64,000 nucleotides of DNA, from NCBI GenBank assembly GCA_000002435.2, contig CM018793.1; one strand, written 5' to 3'. Numbering within the stretch: position 1 is the first letter of the stretch; the number at the start of each line of letters is the position of its first letter. Made by a program: the position numbers and the translations under genes. This stretch comes from Giardia intestinalis (Eukaryota). Positions 60,515-64,000 of the stretch are shown here, in pieces. The notes under the pieces were generated by a model, which searched no databases, was not told the DNA's origin, and worked only from the letters and a program-made list of their open reading frames with translations.

Positions 60515-63451
60515 CTAACGTAGCTTGTTCGTAGTATTAGAAAGGATTGAAATACACAGTTCATAACTGGTATCGGAAACATTCCATGATGCAGTGGTTT
60601 TATAAGGTTTTTCTTGTGCCCACTGCAACGCGGTCTTCCCTCTCTTATCTCGAATGCGTCGCTCAAAAGGCATCAGGAGTTCCACGCAAGCCGCATGACC
60701 ATGCTTAGCAGCCAGAATAAGAGCTGTCTCACCATCGCTATTAACCTGGCCTGCTTCTGCGAGCAGCAAGCGAAGACATTCTCTGCGCCCATGCTTTGCT
60801 GCATACATGAGAGCAGTCATCCCGTTTTTAGGAAGGATTCCGAGCTCTCCCAGCAACAACATCAAACAGTGCACATTTCCTACTGACGCAGCAGCACCAA
60901 GCGCAGTCATCCCATTGTGCGACTTCCCCATCGTAGAGGCCCCGCCCTTTTCGTCCATTAAGCTCGGTGGGCTTGGTGGACTACCTGGCTGAAGCAGGGC
61001 TGCTACATCCCCACGAGCACCTTGCAGAAAATCTGAGGAGGTGCTCGATCGAAAGTCATTTCGTAAGAAGTCCGAATCATGCTTTAGAAGAAGCCTGAGC
61101 TCTGTCTCATTGCTGTTCAGTGCAGCACTGATGAGAGGAGTAGCCTCAGTAACGTCGTTAGACTCACGCCATACCAAGGAAATCTTTGCATTCCTTAATG
61201 CAACTCGTTCGCATAGGTGCGGGAGAGCCTCGAAGCGGCCATCTTTTAGAGCAAGGTTGATGGCACTGTTCAGGTGGGAGTCTAGAGCGTCTGGACGCAG
61301 CTGTGCTATCTCACAATAATATGTGGGAAATTCAAACTCCATGAAAACATGCAGAACCTGAGGCTGGGGCCAGTAGGAACGAATGATGTGCCCTATTTTC
61401 TCAGCCACACCTTTGTCTGCGTGTTTAGTTGCATATATTTGACGCTCGACCAGACATTTAAGATGGTCATAGCCCAGAGTTGATGTAGTGTGCCACTCGA
61501 ACGAGAGGAGGAGCTCTTCACAGTCTAAACGATTGTATACCCTGGCAACCTCGATGGGAGTAAGGTTTACCTTGTTCGGCATGCTTGACATAGACGGAAT
61601 AAGTTGACGCACGCCCTCCACGAATCCCTCTCGAATGGCGTATGTCAGAGCAGTCTCATCTGGATTGGGGATTTCTTTCTCATTGTCCAATAGTGGGAGA
61701 AGAGTATCATAAGACGTCCCACGTGCCAGGCCCCGTGACAGAGCTGTCCTCCCAAAAGAGTCCTGCATTCCCTGGAGTTCCCGAAGAGCTTCCACACCCT
61801 CCTTGCAGTTGGCCTCGACAAGAAGCATTAAGAGAGTGGTTCCGTCATCCGCAACGATGTCTTTTTCGTGAGCTGACAAGAGAGTGATGCACGCATTTTG
61901 ATCTTCATGGTATGCAGGGTTGTTGCACCTTCCTGCCACCGAAATATTGCCTGACGCAAACGGATTGGACAAACTTGGCATTGCAGAGGATCCCATAAAG
62001 CTACTTCTAAAGCTAGAGCTAACACTCCCACGATCCCCTATGCTCTCTCGGTTACTGTATGAATATAGAGGAGCATCGAAGCCAACGTACGCATAGTACA
62101 GTGCTGTTTTGTTCTCCAAGTCAACGTATCCTGCTTCAATTAAGAGCAGTCTCACACACTCATAATGCCCACCCTCTGCAGCCAGCATGAGAGCAGTCTT
62201 TCCATATGTGTTCTGTCTTCCTGCCTCGTGGAGGAACTCTCTAACTAACTCGACATTTCCTGCCGCAGCAGCATTCATCAAAGAGGTCCGCTCAGCGAGA
62301 GAAAATGTCGATATGGAGTCTCGCTGATGATCGGCAAATAGAGAATTTCTTGGAGACATCATCGTGCTGTGTGGCGCAGTCAAGCTTGTAGGGAAGTCTT
62401 TAATCCTGATGCGAATGTTGATGTCGGCTATACACTCGCAGAGTATCGACAGAAGCCTTGATCTTCTCAGAGTTATACAGAGAGAAACCGCCTTTTCAAT
62501 AGTTTCTTGTTGTGCACAATCTTGGCTTAAAATCGGCTTATGCTTATTGAACCCTTCTATCGAGTCCTCATGAATAGCAGCGAAAAGCCCCAGTATGCTC
62601 ACTGGTTGAGTGAGCGACGACTCTAGCGGTGTGGGGCTAACCATAAGACGTGCATTAGCCTTAATAGCAAGCGAATAAGAGCTGAGCTCGGCAGCCTTTG
62701 GTCGTCGAGAAGGGTCAGAAGACAAGCAAGAGCTTATCATATCTACCAGCTGAGAGGAGTAAGATGAGAGATGAACTTCGGGGTCTGCCGCGAGTTGTTC
62801 TTTCGAGTAGAAAGACTGAGGGTCTGCAAAAGACCAGGCCAAACAACCAAGAGCCCAGATGGCAGCAGGCTCCGTTGCAGTCCCCTGCGCGGAATGTCTA
62901 CACTCTGGAGGAGTGAATGACGCAAATGAGGCGCAATTTTCTGTAGAAAAGAAAGTCGTCATAATGTGGGGATTAAAGAGCTTAATGTGCCCCGTTTCTA
63001 TTCTAATAATCCTTGCTGGGTGAATAAAGCTCCACATTGACGGTTCTAAATTATTGAGGGGATTGTAACAATAGGAGATTGCTTGGGCAAGTTGTGACAC
63101 AATCTCCCATATGGCATCTTCAGGAACCTGAAACTGTGCATCCTTCACACGCAGAAGAAGATCAGCAGCAGTCTCGTGGAAGCCAGGCTCCAGTTCGAGC
63201 AACAAAAGGTCATCTGCAGGCATATAGCACGCATCATAGCAATCTAGGAGCACAGAATGCTTTTCAATTACCACGGATCGATATTTTTCAAGGGCAGCGA
63301 TTATGGTAGTGGCGTGTTCAGGCTTGACAGGAAGACGCAAAATGGATACATGCACGTCGTCAGAGATGCGGACTGCCGAAAAGATGCTATAAGAATCAGT
63401 CTCCCGAATGAAGCGGGAGTCCTTATAGCGGGAGGGATTCAGCCGGTCCAT
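60515..63451 (-). CDS. NEK-like kinase-domain protein with ankyrin repeats (likely pseudokinase), 978 aa
   Basis: The N-terminal kinase-like fold lacks the GxGxxG loop, the VAIK Lys and the HRD/DFG motifs. Multiple ANK repeats follow (GKTALMLAAEGGHYECVRLLL, GMTALMYAAKHGRRECLRLLL, GETALILAAKHGHAACVELLM). This architecture is typical of the expanded Giardia NEK family. Confidence 0.7.
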   Translation of the reverse strand: MDRLNPSRYKDSRFIRETDSYSIFSAVRISDDVHVSILRLPVKPEHATTIIAALEKYRSVVIEKHSVLLDCYDACYMPADDLLLLELEPGFHETAADLLLRVKDAQFQVPEDAIWEIVSQLAQAISYCYNPLNNLEPSMWSFIHPARIIRIETGHIKLFNPHIMTTFFSTENCASFASFTPPECRHSAQGTATEPAAIWALGCLAWSFADPQSFYSKEQLAADPEVHLSSYSSQLVDMISSCLSSDPSRRPKAAELSSYSLAIKANARLMVSPTPLESSLTQPVSILGLFAAIHEDSIEGFNKHKPILSQDCAQQETIEKAVSLCITLRRSRLLSILCECIADINIRIRIKDFPTSLTAPHSTMMSPRNSLFADHQRDSISTFSLAERTSLMNAAAAGNVELVREFLHEAGRQNTYGKTALMLAAEGGHYECVRLLLIEAGYVDLENKTALYYAYVGFDAPLYSYSNRESIGDRGSVSSSFRSSFMGSSAMPSLSNPFASGNISVAGRCNNPAYHEDQNACITLLSAHEKDIVADDGTTLLMLLVEANCKEGVEALRELQGMQDSFGRTALSRGLARGTSYDTLLPLLDNEKEIPNPDETALTYAIREGFVEGVRQLIPSMSSMPNKVNLTPIEVARVYNRLDCEELLLSFEWHTTSTLGYDHLKCLVERQIYATKHADKGVAEKIGHIIRSYWPQPQVLHVFMEFEFPTYYCEIAQLRPDALDSHLNSAINLALKDGRFEALPHLCERVALRNAKISLVWRESNDVTEATPLISAALNSNETELRLLLKHDSDFLRNDFRSSTSSDFLQGARGDVAALLQPGSPPSPPSLMDEKGGASTMGKSHNGMTALGAAASVGNVHCLMLLLGELGILPKNGMTALMYAAKHGRRECLRLLLAEAGQVNSDGETALILAAKHGHAACVELLMPFERRIRDKRGKTALQWAQEKPYKTTASWNVSDTSYELCISILSNTTNKLR

Positions 63452-63557
63452 CTAGTGGATAAAGCAATTTGAGAACTATAATTAAAAGAACCTCATTACT
63501 TTCAATTTCAAGTTAAAAACTAATAAGACTAAATAATTTATATTAGAGATCGAGTTA

Positions 63558-63995
63558 ATGGCTCCACACGCCCCGTACACTGCCGGCCCCTTTTTCAACC
63601 GAGGTCGTCCAGAGGACTACGAGCCGATAACCCCCGAGGAGGTGTTTGATATCATCCGATCTGTCAGAGATCCCGAACACATGAACATGACCCTCGAGGA
63701 CCTGCGAGTGGTGAATCTCAACGATATCACGGTCATGGATGAGCAGGGTTTGGTTCGCGTTGTTTATACGCCTACTACTCCAACATGCAGCCTGGGAAGC
63801 ATAATAGGTTTGAGCTTGAAGATTAAGCTTGATAGGTGTCTCCCGAGGCGTTTTTGCTCCGTTGTCTACTGCAAGGATGGAACGCACGAGAACGCCATCT
63901 CACTCAATAAGCAAATTAACGACAAAGAGCGTGCTTTGGCGGCCCTTACCAATAAGAATATTGCATCTGTGGTCAACACGGCAATCCGCATTTGA
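63558..63995 (+). CDS. MIP18/CIA2 (FAM96, DUF59) cytosolic Fe-S assembly factor, 145 aa
   Basis: It has DPEHMNMTLEDLRVV...VVYTPTTPTCSLGSIIGL...NKQINDKERALAAL, the MIP18-family signature. Confidence 0.75.
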   Translation: MAPHAPYTAGPFFNRGRPEDYEPITPEEVFDIIRSVRDPEHMNMTLEDLRVVNLNDITVMDEQGLVRVVYTPTTPTCSLGSIIGLSLKIKLDRCLPRRFCSVVYCKDGTHENAISLNKQINDKERALAALTNKNIASVVNTAIRI

Positions 63996-64000
63996 TTCAG

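Overview
This window is eukaryotic and almost certainly Giardia intestinalis (G. lamblia) nuclear DNA. Four features support that: a variant-specific surface protein (VSP) with CXXC repeats, a GGCY motif and the invariant C-terminal membrane anchor ending CRGKA; the Giardia 14-3-3 protein; an alpha-giardin (annexin homolog); and a NEK-like kinase with ankyrin repeats. Genes are intronless and tightly packed, with short A/T-rich initiator regions and AGTRAAY polyadenylation signals at or next to stop codons. About 28 protein genes and one tRNA-Met(CAU) can be supported. The housekeeping genes include IFT172, Spt5, proteasome ATPase Rpt3, an Orc1/Cdc6-like AAA+ protein, mRNA cap N7-methyltransferase, eIF1/SUI1, a Brix-domain protein, MIP18/CIA2, two transporters, a class-V PLP enzyme, an importin-beta-like protein, and a Vps11/18-like HOPS/CORVET subunit. 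The most notable structure is a ~12-kb palindromic locus. Two essentially identical 5.25-kb arms (1438-6687 and 8281-13530) are inverted around a 1.6-kb unique, T-depleted, GC-rich spacer. Each arm carries an identical 719-aa VSP gene, and the two copies are convergent (tail-to-tail). G-quadruplex-prone tracts sit exactly at the arm/spacer junctions. This is a eukaryotic locus, so no prokaryotic defence island, CRISPR array or transposon is present.
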